A stretch of DNA of 64,000 nt, from contig OZ218951.1 of NCBI GenBank assembly GCA_965112735.1, positions 3,596,001 to 3,660,000 of the forward strand. The letters run 5' to 3'. This stretch comes from Phaeosaccion multiseriatum. Lineage: Eukaryota; Protista; Ochrophyta, other classes. A program made the translations under genes and the position numbers. This document shows positions 1 to 12,655 of this stretch, piece after piece (positions within the stretch are counted from its first letter, which is position 1; the number at the start of each line of letters is the position of its first letter). The notes under the pieces were generated by a model. That model was not told the DNA's origin, made no database searches, and saw only the letters and a list, made by a program, of their open reading frames with translations.

Positions 1-195
1 GGTAGCACGCCAGCTCACGCTGGCAGTAGCAGCTAGCAGCTAGCTCACGCCGGCTCGGCTGCGCCGGCGGTAGGATCGACCCGCTATCTACTATCGCCGG
101 CGCCAGCCCACGTGCTATCTGCTATCGCCAGCGTCAGCCGGCTTTGGGTGGGTCTGCTATCGCCGGCGCCAGCCGGCGTGCTATCTGCTATCGAG
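1..195. repeat. Degenerate short tandem repeats (GCTATCGCCGGCGCCAGCC-like), possibly subterminal repeats of an element truncated by the window edge
   Basis: About 4 copies of CTATC(T/G)CTATCGCC(G/A)GCG(C/T)CAGCC between 83 and 193. Confidence 0.5.
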
Positions 196-499
196 AATGT
201 GGTCCATAGCACGTCAGGGGACGAGTAGGCGGAATGACGTTGCTGTCTACAAGTAACGCCTCACCGCCCCGGGGAACTTCGCCCCCGAGGTCGTATCCCT
301 CCGACTCGTCAGTCCTCCCCATCGGAACAAAATTGATACCAGCCAGGACCCTGTGTCGAATCGATTGTTCGTGTCGGGCCCGCTGGGAGCAGCGCAAGAA
401 CGGCCAGCCAACAATCATCGAGGGGAGGGGGTAGCAGGTGGGGTCCTTCGGTTGTTAAAAGGGTCTAAAGAAAAAACGGCGCACTTTTATACCGTCACT

Positions 500-2146
500 A
501 TAAATTTTCCCCGCCTGCGGCGCCACCCCTCTTCGACCCTCTCTATCCTCTCTTGCGGCCTCCCTCCTCTTCCATAGCTGCCTCTCGTGAGTACTCTCAC
601 CTCCTCCACACCACCCTCTGCAGCAGCAGCCTCTGCAGGCGCAACAGATGCTCCTGCCCCTGATCCTCCCCGTGCCGGCCACAGTGCGGCGGCGGCTGCT
701 GCTGCTGCTGCTCCTCCTCCTCCCCCTCCTCCTCCTCCTCCTCCTCCCCCTCCTTCTCCAGCCTCAGCAGCACCTGCATCTCTTCCGTCTCCTCCAGCAG
801 CAGCACCACCTGCTCCTCCTCCTCCTCCTCCTCCTCCCACAGCTGATTCTCCTCCTGCTTCCCCCCCCCCCCCCCTCCTCCTCCTTGTGATTCTCTTGCT
901 GCTGATGATGATGGTCCTCCTCCTCCTCCTCCTCCTCTCCCTCCCCCTCTTCCCCCCCTCCCCTCCTCCTCCTCCTGCTCGAGGCTGGTGACAGACACAG
1001 CCCGCTGCGGCGACGTCCACCCATAAGCTTGTACACACTCTGACGATGCATCCCATGCGCAAAGAGGCTGCTGGTGGTCCTCTCCAAGGTTGTGGAAGAG
1101 GTGGGGGGGCCAGACGAACACGTCACGTTGGGCATACCCTCCCACTTCAGACTGGCGGCTTGGCGTCGAGGCCCTGTAGTAGGGAGTTTGCCAGGTAGGC
1201 AACCCTTCCTTTGGATCCCTTGCCGCCTCGAGTGCTACTTGGATGAACTCAGTCTGCGCTGGTGGTCTATTCTTCTTCCCAAACCCTCCCCCTTGTCGCC
1301 CGTATTTCCATCCTCCTCGTCCTCATCCTCGTCTTTCTCACCCCTGTTCACACAAAAAAAGATGTAAAAAGGGGGCGAGAACAACAGGGGGAATAAGTGT
1401 GTCAAGGCATGTTCAGAAAGGGCGGCCCGAGAGTGGGCGGGGGGCGTGGACAAGAGCAGCCAGGCATCAAGAAGGAAGAGGAGATATTTGAGAACGTACC
1501 GCTTAGACGTGCGACCAAGGGGCGGCGAAGAAAACCCTGTCTGCGCTCGAAGACATGTCACAGCCCTTCTTCTTCCCTTCTTTCGCATCTCTTCCTTCTC
1601 CGCTGGAAGAAGAAAATCAAAATCCTCATCAATTCCTTTCATAGCTGCACCATTCAACCGCAGTTTCTCGCTTATTCCCTTCAGAGGCCGGTCTCGTCCT
1701 CCTCGACTTTGTAAGCGTCTTCTACAGCCGCCTTCTCGATTTTCAATCTCTGCTTAGCTGTCTGCAATTGGTTCACCGCGTCTCCTCCTGTGCTGCGGCG
1801 ATGGTCGCAAGCTCAGTCTCCACTGCCGCTTGAGTGCCCGGTTTCGAAGCGGTCGCTGGTTGTACCGCAGCAACGGCTTGGTCCAAGTCTCGTCGTCCCA
1901 ACCACTGCCATCGTCGTCGTGCGCTCCTGCGGCCTTTCCACTCGTATTCTCAGAGCCCTGAGCGCCAGAAATCTCTTCAGGACTGTCACCCAGGTTGCTG
2001 TTCCTTCCTTTTGTGCTGCCCCGCTGCAGCTTCTTCATTCTCCTCCATTTGTCTCTGGTGCTGCTGGTGGTGTGGTGGTGGTTTGAAATGTACCTCTCTT
2101 TGCTTGACTGCTGCTGCTACTACCAGCCCTGCCACCTTCCTGCCAT
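500..2146 (-). other. Low-complexity hypothetical gene or pseudogene fragments
   Basis: Glu/Gly-rich minus-strand ORFs 597-1202, 1235-1657 and 1754-2038. The last is separated from the in-frame reading stretch leading into 1235-1657 by a single TAA at 1754-1756. No recognisable domain. Confidence 0.25.
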
Positions 2147-2413
2147 GAGCAAGCCTTCACCAATCCATTAGTGCTGCTGGAATGTAGCAGTTGTGGTCCT
2201 TTAAGCAGCGTTGACCCTCATAGTGGAGGGGGAAAGGCGGGAGGAAAGCAGCGAAATATAGGAAAAAAGTCGCTCCACGGACAAAAAAATCGCTCCACGG
2301 ACAGGTCGACATGTCCCGAAAAAACGCCAACGACAATTTTCTTCTTTTTCCTCCCCCTTTCCTCTGCAAGTGCTGCACAAAGAGGCGCCGCAGGGGGAGT
2401 GCCCTTTGGCACC

Positions 2414-4337
2414 ATGGCTAACAAAAGTACGCAACGAAGGGTGAACGCGGCGGTCGGGATAGAAGACGATGAAGATAGCGTAAATAGCGAGGCAAGGGAT
2501 CTGCTCCATGTGGGAGCTCGGGTGTACCTAAAGAGCAGCCAGCAGGTTGGCACCATTCGGTTCTATGGGGCCACAAGCTTTGCGGGGGGGCAGTGGGTTG
2601 GCATTGAACTCGACCAGACGGCCGGAAGGAACGATGGGATGGTGCAGGTAAGGAGAACAGACCGAGAGAGTGAGAGACCTACCGCTTTACTTACCATGCG
2701 TACCCTTTGGTGTGTGGATGCGAGCAGGGCCGGAGGTACTTCACCTGCCCTCCTTCCACGGGCCTCTTCGTGCGGCCGAACAGCTGCAATCTCATCGGCA
2801 ATGCACTAGGTAAGGGACGAGATGAGATGGAAGAGATGGAGAGCATGCCTTAAACGCCGTTCGCCCTCCCTATTATGACCACATTGCGCAGAGGAGAGGC
2901 CTCTTCTCCACCCCCCTAGAGCAGGAGGAAGGCCTCATTCCGGCGGTACGTACATGCCCTCTCCCGGCGCCCAAAGGGGGGCTCTTGCAGGCTCTGCGCA
3001 GGAGAGGCGAGCGAAGAGCACCAGGGCGCACAACAACTTCGCACGCAGGTACACGAGTTGAGAGGTCACATCTCTTCCCTGGGAGCATAGACATGATTCA
3101 ACGGCACGCTCTCCCTTACTCTCTTTTTTTTTTTTTCTCTCTCCTTACTGAGCGTTCTGTCGTACACGTCCCATCTTTTCGTCCTTCTCGCCTGTTTGCC
3201 ACAAACACCATGCCCAACCAGCTTCAATGCGCCTGCTAGTGGGGCTGCGCCCATCGCTGCAGCACATACGATGCGCCCGGTTGGCCTTGCGGAGCAGCAG
3301 CAGCACACGCCGTCCTCTGGACCCTTTCACGAGCTTCACGAAGGAATGAATCGCATTCCGGGTGTGCTGAATGAGACAGCCGTGTCCATGACCCCATCAC
3401 CAGGCCAGCCCTTAGCATCTCCTACCGGCGGCAGGGGATGGGGTCCGGAGAGCGAGCAGCAGCAGGTCCTCCTGAAGGACACGCTGAGGGGCTTGCTCGC
3501 CGGCGACCCCTCGGTGAGGCGGCAGCTGGAGGAGCTGGTGGGGGACGTGGTGAAGGCAGAAATGTCTCTGTCCACCTCCAAGCTCGCGGTGGGCGGAGCA
3601 GGGGACGCAGGTGGAGCAAGCGGAGCAGGCTCACACAGTCCTGTCGGGGAGATTAAGAGTCTCAAGGTCAGTCAGTGAGTTACTGCGTGTTCCTCCCGAG
3701 AGACATTTCCTTTCCTTTATTAACTTGCGCTCCCGTCTGTTTTTTAGAACCGCCTCGGTCGTTTGGAAACCCGCATGAGCGAGGCGAGCAAGGCAGTGGG
3801 TCAGATATCGGACAAAATTTCAGGGCAAATGGCAGCCTTGGAGGCAGGCACCTTCAACGCCTCCCCCGTCCCGGGAGGCTTTCAGAAGGACTCGCACGAA
3901 GTCGCCAATCTCAAGGTGAGTGGACTTGGGCTCTTGCGCCCCAAGCTGGGGGGGGGGGGGGGGGCATCAGGGGGAGGCCGCGCCGTGCTTCTGCCGCAAG
4001 GTGGAGAGGCGGAAAGCAAGAGTCAGCGCTGAGACCTCCCTCGTGTGCTCTCTCTTGTTTTCGTTCGCTCCCGACCCACCGACCGCAGAGCGTGCTGGCC
4101 ACTGTACACAAGCTTGCGCAGAAGGCGAGCTCCATGTTCGCGGAGGAGAGGTTGGAGAAGGACAACGTCATCGAGGAGCTGAGGCAGCAGCTGCAGCAGC
4201 ACAAGCAGCAGCAGCAGCCGCCGCAGCATCAGGCGGAAGCCTACTCACAAGAGCCCGAGCAGACAGCGACGGGTAGGGTGGACAGTCCTCCCCCCCCGCC
4301 TCGACATGGACGTGTCGAGCTCCCACTCGGCGAGTAA
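2414..4337 (+). CDS. CAP-Gly domain protein with C-terminal coiled coil (multi-exon)
   Basis: VGARVYL...VGTIRFYGATSFAGGQWVGIELDQTAGRNDGMVQ, then a GT-AG intron, then GRRYFTCPPSTGLFVRP, which is a canonical CAP-Gly (GKNDG-like) motif. Confidence 0.85.
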
Positions 4338-4565
4338 GCCATCTTAGTTACCCGCCCTTAGATGTATTTATTGTTGCTGTACACCCTTACAAGCGGAGTC
4401 TTTCTTTAGCCTTTGTAGTCACCTCTACCTTGCGACCCCCCGTGTAGCATCGTCCTGCGCCGTATGGGTCCAGTACTGGAGACTGTAGGGGGCTCCTAAA
4501 GGCACAGAACGGAAACAGGTCTATCCGTTCTCAGCGTGTGAGACCAAGTCTCCCTCCAGCGCAAT

Positions 4566-5771
4566 TCACTTCTTGTCATGACCTGCTATGATGGTCCCTC
4601 CCTGGCGCCACTGCATATACTCCACCCGCGCCTGCTCCGTCTCCGCCAGTCGTCTTGCCTCTGCGACTCTGGCAAGTTCCTTCCTCTTCATTTCCGTGAT
4701 GTGCGTCTCGTCTGCCTTCATCTCTTTATAGTCGGCTTGCAGCCGCTGCGTCTCGTGCTCCTGCCATGCCGTCTCCAGAACCATGTGTAGAGCTCGATCG
4801 TTGGGGCGAGCTATCACCACGCTGGTGTATAAAAGCAGACAAGTACAAGGTTTCAGATTTACTCTTGCTTTTCCGATCCAGCCAGGTCGCCAGCCCCACT
4901 CACCATTCCCAAGGCGTCTTTCCGTCCCAGCTCTTGATATTGGCAAGCCCACCGTATCGTAAAAGCGTCTTTACTACAGACGGCTCCGTGACGTAGTGAA
5001 AGGGCGTGCACCCGTACTGCAACCAAAGTACCAAGCACCGTGAGTGTGTGAGAGGGAGAGGGACAGCGAGCGAGCGAGCGAGCTACCGTGATTGATGCCT
5101 CGAAACTTACTTTATTTTGAGTGTTGGGGTCTGCTCCATGCTGCAGAAGCGTGAATACAGTCGCCCGGTGGGAAGAGGCCACTGCCTATAGTCGCTCAGA
5201 CAACAATAAAGTCAAGAGGGGTAAGGTCTGTAGCTTGCGTTTCTTTCAGGACTTTCAGAAGAGAGTCTGTAACACATACCAAGTGTAGTGGTGTGTCTCC
5301 CCCCAATGCTGTCCTTCGATCCACATCTGAGCCGAACTCCTACGATGCAGAACGCAGCAGTTGGGCAGAGCGAGGTCCGCTTCAAGCACGCAAGCAATGT
5401 CAACATGGAGGGGAAGTCGCGAGCAGTACCTTCAGAAGCATGTGGACGGCCTCCAGCTGCCCATTGGCACTGGCTTCGTGTAGCACCGCCCGCCCAGTCA
5501 CGACGCTTCTCCTCTCTACTGCGGCGCCTGCGCGAGCGCACTTTCTCATCTGTCAGCCGAGCACGGTGAACATTTCTTGGTTTAAAAAGAACAAGACGTG
5601 CCCACACTCCATGATGCTTACCTTGTCGGCATCGCCCTCCCTCGCAGCCTGGTGGAGCAGGCAAAAGGTGTCGTCCTCGGTCACCCCACACGCTGACTGC
5701 GCCTGCACCATCCTTCGAATGCCCATCAGGTGCTGGGCCTTGTCTTCCGCGTCCATTTCGAAGCTCCCCAT
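4566..5771 (-). CDS. Ankyrin-repeat protein with coiled-coil tail (multi-exon)
   Basis: LLHQAAREGDADKV, VFTLLQHGADPNTQNK and KSWDGKTP ankyrin-like segments; charged helical C-terminus ending AGHDKK*. Confidence 0.7.
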
Positions 5772-5904
5772 CCTCGCTGGACAGCTTCCTCCCCACCCGT
5801 TTCTTTCTTTGCCCTTGCCAAAGCTGTGGTGGACTACAGTAAAAAGTACTTCAGAATCCGGCGGCGGCCGTGTAACGGCACACTTTGCTGGACGACGGAA
5901 CCCT

Positions 5905-6142
5905 TCGGCCCCCCGCGGGGCTTCTCGGGCTCCGGGCTTCTAGGCCATGGCCCCCTCCAGGCTTCGGGCTTCTGGCCGCAGGCCAAAGGTCTGGGCTTCG
6001 GGCTTCTCGGGCTGGGAAAAAAAATGGGAATCTTCTCCTGCAGGCTTCTGGCCGCAGGCCAGCCCCGGGCTTCTTGCTTTCGGCCGCAGGCCGCCTCAGG
6101 CTTCTGCTTATCGGGGGCCCGAGAAGCCCCGCGGGGGGCCGA
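5905..6142. mobile_element. MITE (238 bp) with 26-bp perfect TIRs
   Basis: TCGGCCCCCCGCGGGGCTTCTCGGGC at 5905-5930 and its exact reverse complement at 6117-6142. Flanks are GAACCCT / GAATCCT (7-bp TSD, 1 mismatch). Internal GGCTTC repeats. Confidence 0.8.
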
Positions 6143-6223
6143 GAATCCTTTTGTGTTCAGTGGAGAAGACACAATTACAGGTCTCTAGTTTATGTTAGAG
6201 GGATGCCAAAAAGGCCCCCTTAG

Positions 6224-9200
6224 CTACAAGAGGAAGCGCTCGTCCAGCATGGTCTTGCGGAGGACGTTTATCCTTCCAAAGTGGGCGCGCACAGCGCTGA
6301 GCCCCTTGCCCAGCAAGTACGTGAGCAAGATGCTTTTGGCCGTGCTGTTGAACCATAAGTCGCACACACTGTACGTGGCAATGTCTAGCAGCAGCAGGTC
6401 GCCCTCAATGCCCAAGAACCACGTCCGACTGAACGCGAACCACCGGTCCGGGTAGAAGATGCACGGCGAGTTGGCAAGCTGACGCATGTCGGGAGGGTTC
6501 CCCAGGAGGCGGTCCAGCCACGCCGGCTCGCGGTACGAGCGCTCCAGCTCCTTGCGGGTGTAAGATTGCTCCACAAAGCCCTGCAGAAAGGAGTTGAGGT
6601 CGGCGGCTGCTTGCACCATCCGGTGGGTCGTCCTCTCCCTCTTGGCGAACATTCGCGACAGGCCTGCGTGTGTGTTGGAGGACCGGAATCTGAGCGGAGG
6701 GCCTGCTTTGCTTGCCTCTCTGTGAGTCCACTCGTCTCTCGGACCTTGTTCTTGGGGTAAGGTGGGGGTGAGATCCGTACGTACCTGCCGAAACGTGTGC
6801 GCCTTGCTCTCGCAAACCATCCCGCATCGTCCCGGCTCCTTGCGGCCCCGTCGTTCCGGCGCCCATCCGGCTTCTCCCCCTGCGAGTAAACGGCGCATTG
6901 TGCGGGAAGTAAGTCATCATCACTCATGGATCATCACTCCCCCCTTCCCCACAGACATACCCAGCAACTTGGCCTGCCGATTCGGTGCCATGGACAAAGT
7001 TTCCGTAAATGTGATCGTACTTCCTCCGCCAGATGGCAGTCACGAACAGCTCAAAGGCCTGGTGTGGCGGTGTGGACATGCGCACACAATCGTCAGCAAC
7101 GCTCAGCTCAAGTGCATGGGGGTGGCTGTGCGTCTCAGCTCACCTGCTCTTGCGGCGGGCAGCCATCCACGCCTCTATCCGTCGTCAAGCCACTCTCCTC
7201 CTGAACATTGGGAGGGAGGCACATCGCCTTTAGGAAAGACAGCGGATGGAAGACAAGCAAAGTAGCACGCACACCCTCTGCCTCACATTGTCGAGTTGAT
7301 GCGCCATCTCCTTCATTGGCACATCCGCGTGCGGGTATGGCGAGCGGCAGTGCAGGTACCAACCGTGGTACTTCTCGTCCAGCACCAGGACGCTCACCTG
7401 AGGGGACACAAGGGGGCGCAGGCACAGAAGAGAGGGGAGAGAGCCGCGGGCGGCAATATGCTGGCTGAGCGCAGGCAGCGGGCACTTCCCTGAAACCTCG
7501 ACTTACCTTGGCCATTGTGGCCATGTCTATGAATCTCTGATTGGCAGGCTCAGTGAGATAGCGCTCCGAGATGCCCCACACCCACAACCACTGAAAGAAG
7601 CTCAGCAGCAACCACCAGAACCTGAGGGCACACAAGATAACAAGAGGGTGACGGGCGGCAGGACTCAAGTTACACAGAGAGAGAGAGGCAGCATCTCTCT
7701 CTCCCCACTCTCCGTGGATACTCCGCCACTCCACTACTTCCATCCCGCCACTCCGCCGCTTCCATCCCGCCTCACGTACGTGGTATTTGCAAACCTCAGA
7801 GCGTGGTTGAGGTCTGCCTCCGTCCTGTCCCCCAAGTCAGGCTGCGGCGTGGCGCTGTACTCCAGTCTCAGCGCAATAAGGAGAAAGGCCAGGCACATCA
7901 AGGTCAGCACCGGGCTCAGCCGCCGCTGCGTGGCCAACTTTTGCCACTCGTTGGTGACCATCAACTGCCGCCAGACGGAGACGCCTCCTGCGAGAGAGAG
8001 GGACAGCGCCGGATCGGCGGGGCAGGAAAGGGCGTGAGGAGGAAGGACTTGCCTCTTTGTATCCGTCCCTCCCTCTACTGTCATAGAGAAGACGAAAGGC
8101 GAAAGACCCACCTCCTTTCTTCTGGCGCGCTGTCGGCCCCTGTTGGCTCTTCTCCCAGTCAATGAAGAACAAGTCTACTCGACACTGCACCACAATCTGA
8201 TGCACAACTCGCACCAGCTGGAACACGAACAGCAGAGCTATCATCGCCTGCCGGGGGGGGTAGTAGGGGTATACAAAATGTTGACAAACAAACAAAGCAA
8301 TCACTTGTTTGCCGTAAGCTGTGTCCAAGTGTGTGATGTTTGTGGGTGGGTGGGTGTGCTTGCGTGTGTGGTGTTGCCGTGTGTGTGTGTGTGTGTTTGT
8401 ATCGCACCTGCAGAGGATAGTACTCGCCCTTCTTGGCATACGTCGCATTGTGGCTTGGCATCATGAGGAACACCGTGTCCTGCAGCTTAAAGAAGGCGAA
8501 CCAATAGCCGCAGATCAGGAACGTGAAGGGTCCGAAGTGCAGCACGAAGGTGTGCATGAGCAGCACGGAGCCCTGAATCAGCAGGCCCCAGTCCACCGAG
8601 TTGAAAGTGGACATGTTCTGCTGCTGCACCGGCTGCGAGATGTCATCCGCCCTGCTCCTCCTCACGTGCCAGTTGCGCAGCCTCCACGCCGCGGTCAGGC
8701 CCGTCAGCACCATGCCCACGGCGAAGAAGGCGCGCACCACGCCCCAGAACTCCGCCGTGCTCATTGTGTACTCCACCTGAGGGGGGCATCGCGTTGGAAT
8801 GCACGCACACACGCATACACACAGACCAGTGATGTTAGTTCCGAGTGAGACAGATGGAGTGGAATGAGGCGGAATCGCGCTCGCTCCACCGCAGGTGATT
8901 GATTGTCCTCTTTACTGCCTTCATCAAGAGGATGAAAGCCTCGTCCTCTCATCTCTTCTTAGAAAGACGGACCTTGAAGTGAATGTTGGGCGTCTGCAGC
9001 CCAAGTGTCGTCTCCCAATCTCCGGGCCGCACATCCACATACGTCATTGTGAGGAGAGGCGGGTAGATCTTATCGGGGTCGTTCTTTTGGATCTCAATGG
9101 TCAGCGTTATGTCGGAGGCGTAACGCATAACACTCGGAGTCTGCGCGCCGCTCCCCGTAGTGCTTGTGGTATCTTCGCTGACGCCGCTGCTGACGTCGAA

Positions 9201-12133
9201 AAAGAAGAAGCGCCGAGTCAACTGATCGATCGCACAGCGAGCAGACAGGCGGGGGTGTGGACAAGAGGGATGTAGAGGAGATAAAAGCACTAGCAGCAGC
9301 TAACACATGGCGCGTGGGCGAGGCGAGCAACACACCAACACACCCCCACTATACCCAACACAGCAAACATACCTGGTCATCGAGCTCGTCGATGCTCTCG
9401 GTGTTGAGGTTCACCTCGTCGTTGGATCCGTCCACATAGTTGGTGACCAGCACCGGCACGGGGTACAGCGTGCCCGACGCAGAGTCATACAAGTAGGGGT
9501 CGTATAGGTACTGAGCGTGTGTGTGCACAAGAGACAGACAAACAGAGTGAGAAAGGGCCATTGCCCGACTGCTAGCGCACACGCACTCACCTGCTCCTGC
9601 CCCAGGAGGGTGGCCAGATCGCAGGTAAACGTCTCCTGCCAGCTGTAACCGAACTGGAGCCAGCGCGTGCTCCGAGAAGAGCCTCCTCCCGCCCCCGTCA
9701 GGGGGGCCTCCATCCCACAGTAGTACGGCTGCGACGCGACGCGAGGAGAGTAAGAGGCTGAGGCGTGAGAGGTCCCGTCCGACTGTCCGCAGAGCATTGA
9801 TGGAGCCCCCGTTTCAGCTTACTACCCCCCTACTTCCCCTCCTTTTCTACCCGTTTCAGCTTACTACCCCTTAGTACCCCTTAGTACCCCTTCCTAACCC
9901 TCACTACCCGCTACTAACCATGGTGTCGAGGTCCACGAGGCCCATCCATGTCCCATTGAGGGCGTACTTTGCCAGCTTGAACTGAAGCTCCGTGGAGAAG
10001 CTCACAGACATCTCAAGGGCTGCGCGCATTGCACGAGAAAAAAGCGTACAGGCGGAGGTCGTGATGACATGAGGTCGGCCAGTCAGTCAGTTCGTCAGTC
10101 AGTTCGTCAGTCAGTCAGTCAGTCAGTCAGTCAGTCAGTCAGTCAGTCAGTTAGTTAGTCAGTCAGCCAGTCAGTCAGTCGGTCAGTCAGTCGGTCAGTC
10201 AGTCAGTCAGTCAGTCAGTCAGTCAGTCAGTCAGTCAGTCAGTCAGTCGGCCAGTCAGTCAATCGGTCAGTCAGTCGGTTAGTCGGTCAGTCAGTCAGTC
10301 AGTCAGTCAGTCAATCAGTTCAGTCAGTCAGTCAGTCAGTCAGTCAGTCAATCAATCGATCAATCAGTCGGTCAGTCAAGTCGGTCAGTCAGTCACTCAC
10401 TCAGTCTGTCCGTCAGTCATTCAGTCAGTCAGTCAATTAGTCAGTCAATCGGTCAGTCACTTAGTCAGTCAATCGGTCGATCAGTCGAGTCGGTGAGTCA
10501 ATCAGTCAGTCGGTCAGTCAGTCAGTCAGTCAGTCAGTCACCTGTGGTGGTCCGGACGCCCGTGGCGTCATCGGCATAGTAGAGCCAGGGCATGGTCTGC
10601 GCCCACCCGTCAGTGCTGTGAGACGTGGCCACTCTGTTGTCCGCGATTGTCGCAAAGAGGTCACACACCTCCGAGTCTGGGCTGTACTGCTGCAGTACGC
10701 ACAGGTTGGCGAGCGTTTGACAAGCCGTCAAGCTCGACGCTCTGGTGGGGAGGAGACAAGACCCACACAATAGTGCTTTGCGGTGAGAAGAACTCGATGT
10801 GCTGCAAGGTAAACTGCCATCCCAAGAAAAGCAAAGAGGCCCCCCTCCCTCCCCTCTGCTCACCCTGTGTAGGAGTAGCAGTCGGCCGCAGCTCCTGCGT
10901 AGAGATGCTCGAACATGAGCGACTCCACCCTCTCTTCGCTGGTGGCGCTCCCCGTGGCGCTCTCCAGGAGGGACTTGTAGTCGACAACTTTGGCAGCACT
11001 CTCCGGCCACGCTGAAACGGCGCTGAGACTCGTCGTGGACACACACCTGGGGGCAGGCAGGACAAAGGGGGGGCGCGTGTGTTGTGTGTTCAGAGCCCTC
11101 TGCGGTCACGGTCCCCCGCTGCGGCTCCTGCCAGTGCGGCTGATATGTACCTGGTGGGCCCCAGGCTGTCGACCCCAGTGATAGTGTACCCTGTCTCGCA
11201 TGAGCAGGCGCCCGACGAGTCGAAGGCCATGTTCTCGTCCGGGCAGGACTGGCAGGTGTACAGATCCGCAGCGTAGTCCACGCCTGGGGGAGAGAGTCCA
11301 TTGGAAGGAGGGAGTCAAATCAGATCCTTCAGCTCATTGGCAGTCCAGCTCATCTGCCAAGGACTCGGCGGGTGCGTGATACATATCGTTTCCACACGCA
11401 CCTGCTTCCGATGCGGCAGACTGGAACACAAAGGTCCCATCGGCGCAGGTTGAGCAGTCCTTCTGCGACAGATACGCCCCTCCCGCATCCACCTCCTGCA
11501 GCACTTGCAAAAAGCTCCCATCTGCACAGCACAGACAAAGAAAGGGGGGTCCAGGTAGTCGGCACCAGGACTAGGGACTAGCTTTGGTGTTTCTGAAAGG
11601 CCTCTGACGGACCTGTGGGGCAGGCACAGTCGCCTGTGCTCGTATCTAACCCGTTGGTGCTACTCCCGCAGCTCACACAGGAGCTCGAGTCCGAGTAGGA
11701 AGAGTTGGAGCTCGTCATGCACGACACACACGTGAAGCCCACGCAGCTTCCCGCTTGCAAAGAAGCAGATGAGCACACCTGAGGCTCGCTCTCGTACCCT
11801 GGCGAGCACTTGCAGGACAGCGCGTTGGAATCGCCATCCATGTAGTCGGGGTTAGGCACTTTGTTGAGGTTGTTGCCACTTCCATCACTGTCGTCGTCGC
11901 AGGCTTCGCATTCCAGAGAGCTGAGCGACCACGGCACGCGGTACAGGCAGGGCAGCACGTGAGTTGACACTCGGAAGAATACGTGTACGTGCTGAGCTCA
12001 CTCACCTGATATCCAAGTACTCGTTATTGCTGAAGCTACACGATGGAACTGCCATGATGTCGTATGTCACCGCGTAAACCACGCGGAACTGACCGCAAAA
12101 GAGGCAGATCACTGCCGCCAGAGAGCCAAGCAT
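6224..12133 (-). CDS. TMEM67: Meckelin (ciliary transition-zone protein), many exons
   Basis: Signal peptide MLGSLAAVICLFCG; Cys-rich ectodomain; CQTLANLCVLQ; LYPVPVLV; RRFFFFDVSSG; DLFFIDWEK; VSVWRQLMVTNEWQKL; C-terminus LDERFLL*. Confidence 0.92.
10078..10540. repeat. (TCAG)n microsatellite inside a meckelin intron
   Basis: About 460 bp of imperfect AGTC tandem units running up to the minus-strand GT donor near 10540. Confidence 0.95.
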
Positions 12134-12655
12134 GATCAACTGGTCGATCACCTCTACCTCCCTCAATCCTTCCCTCCTCGCTCCCCCTTAGGGTCCCTCT
12201 TCCTCTCCTCCTTCATTCCTATGCTTGTTTCTTCGGTACATACTGCTTCTTCTCTACTTCTACTGCTGTCTCGAGCTTCTGGTGCCCTGATGAACAAAGA
12301 TCAAATCCCATTTCCAACCGCCCCTGTGAGTTTCAATTGAATGGGGAAATCGAGCTCCTCGATATGAAAGGAGAAAAGAGCCCATTGATTTGGGGGTCTA
12401 ACGAAACTGAAAGTGAGACTTGCTGCTCTTGCCTGGCCCTTTCCAGCGGTAAGAGGAGCGTCACATCGGGGAAATCCTATCCCTAGATCGACGCTGAAGA
12501 GAGAAAGAGAGGACAATGATACATGAATGAGTTAGCTAAGTATCGGGCTACTCCCAACAGAACCATCGAAAGCACCTCCCCCCCCCCACTGCTTGCAACC
12601 ATCTGGAACGCAAAAAGAGGTACATGGGCAGTGGCCCCACAGTAACCTCTAACTG

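Noticed and set aside
1754-1756. Stop-codon readthrough or recoding between in-frame ORF stretches
   Set aside because: It is TAA in a low-complexity region without homology, and other genes here use standard stops.
10078-10540. Interstitial telomere or functional array
   Set aside because: A simple TCAG microsatellite; similar short tracts occur in other introns (for example 54872-54890).
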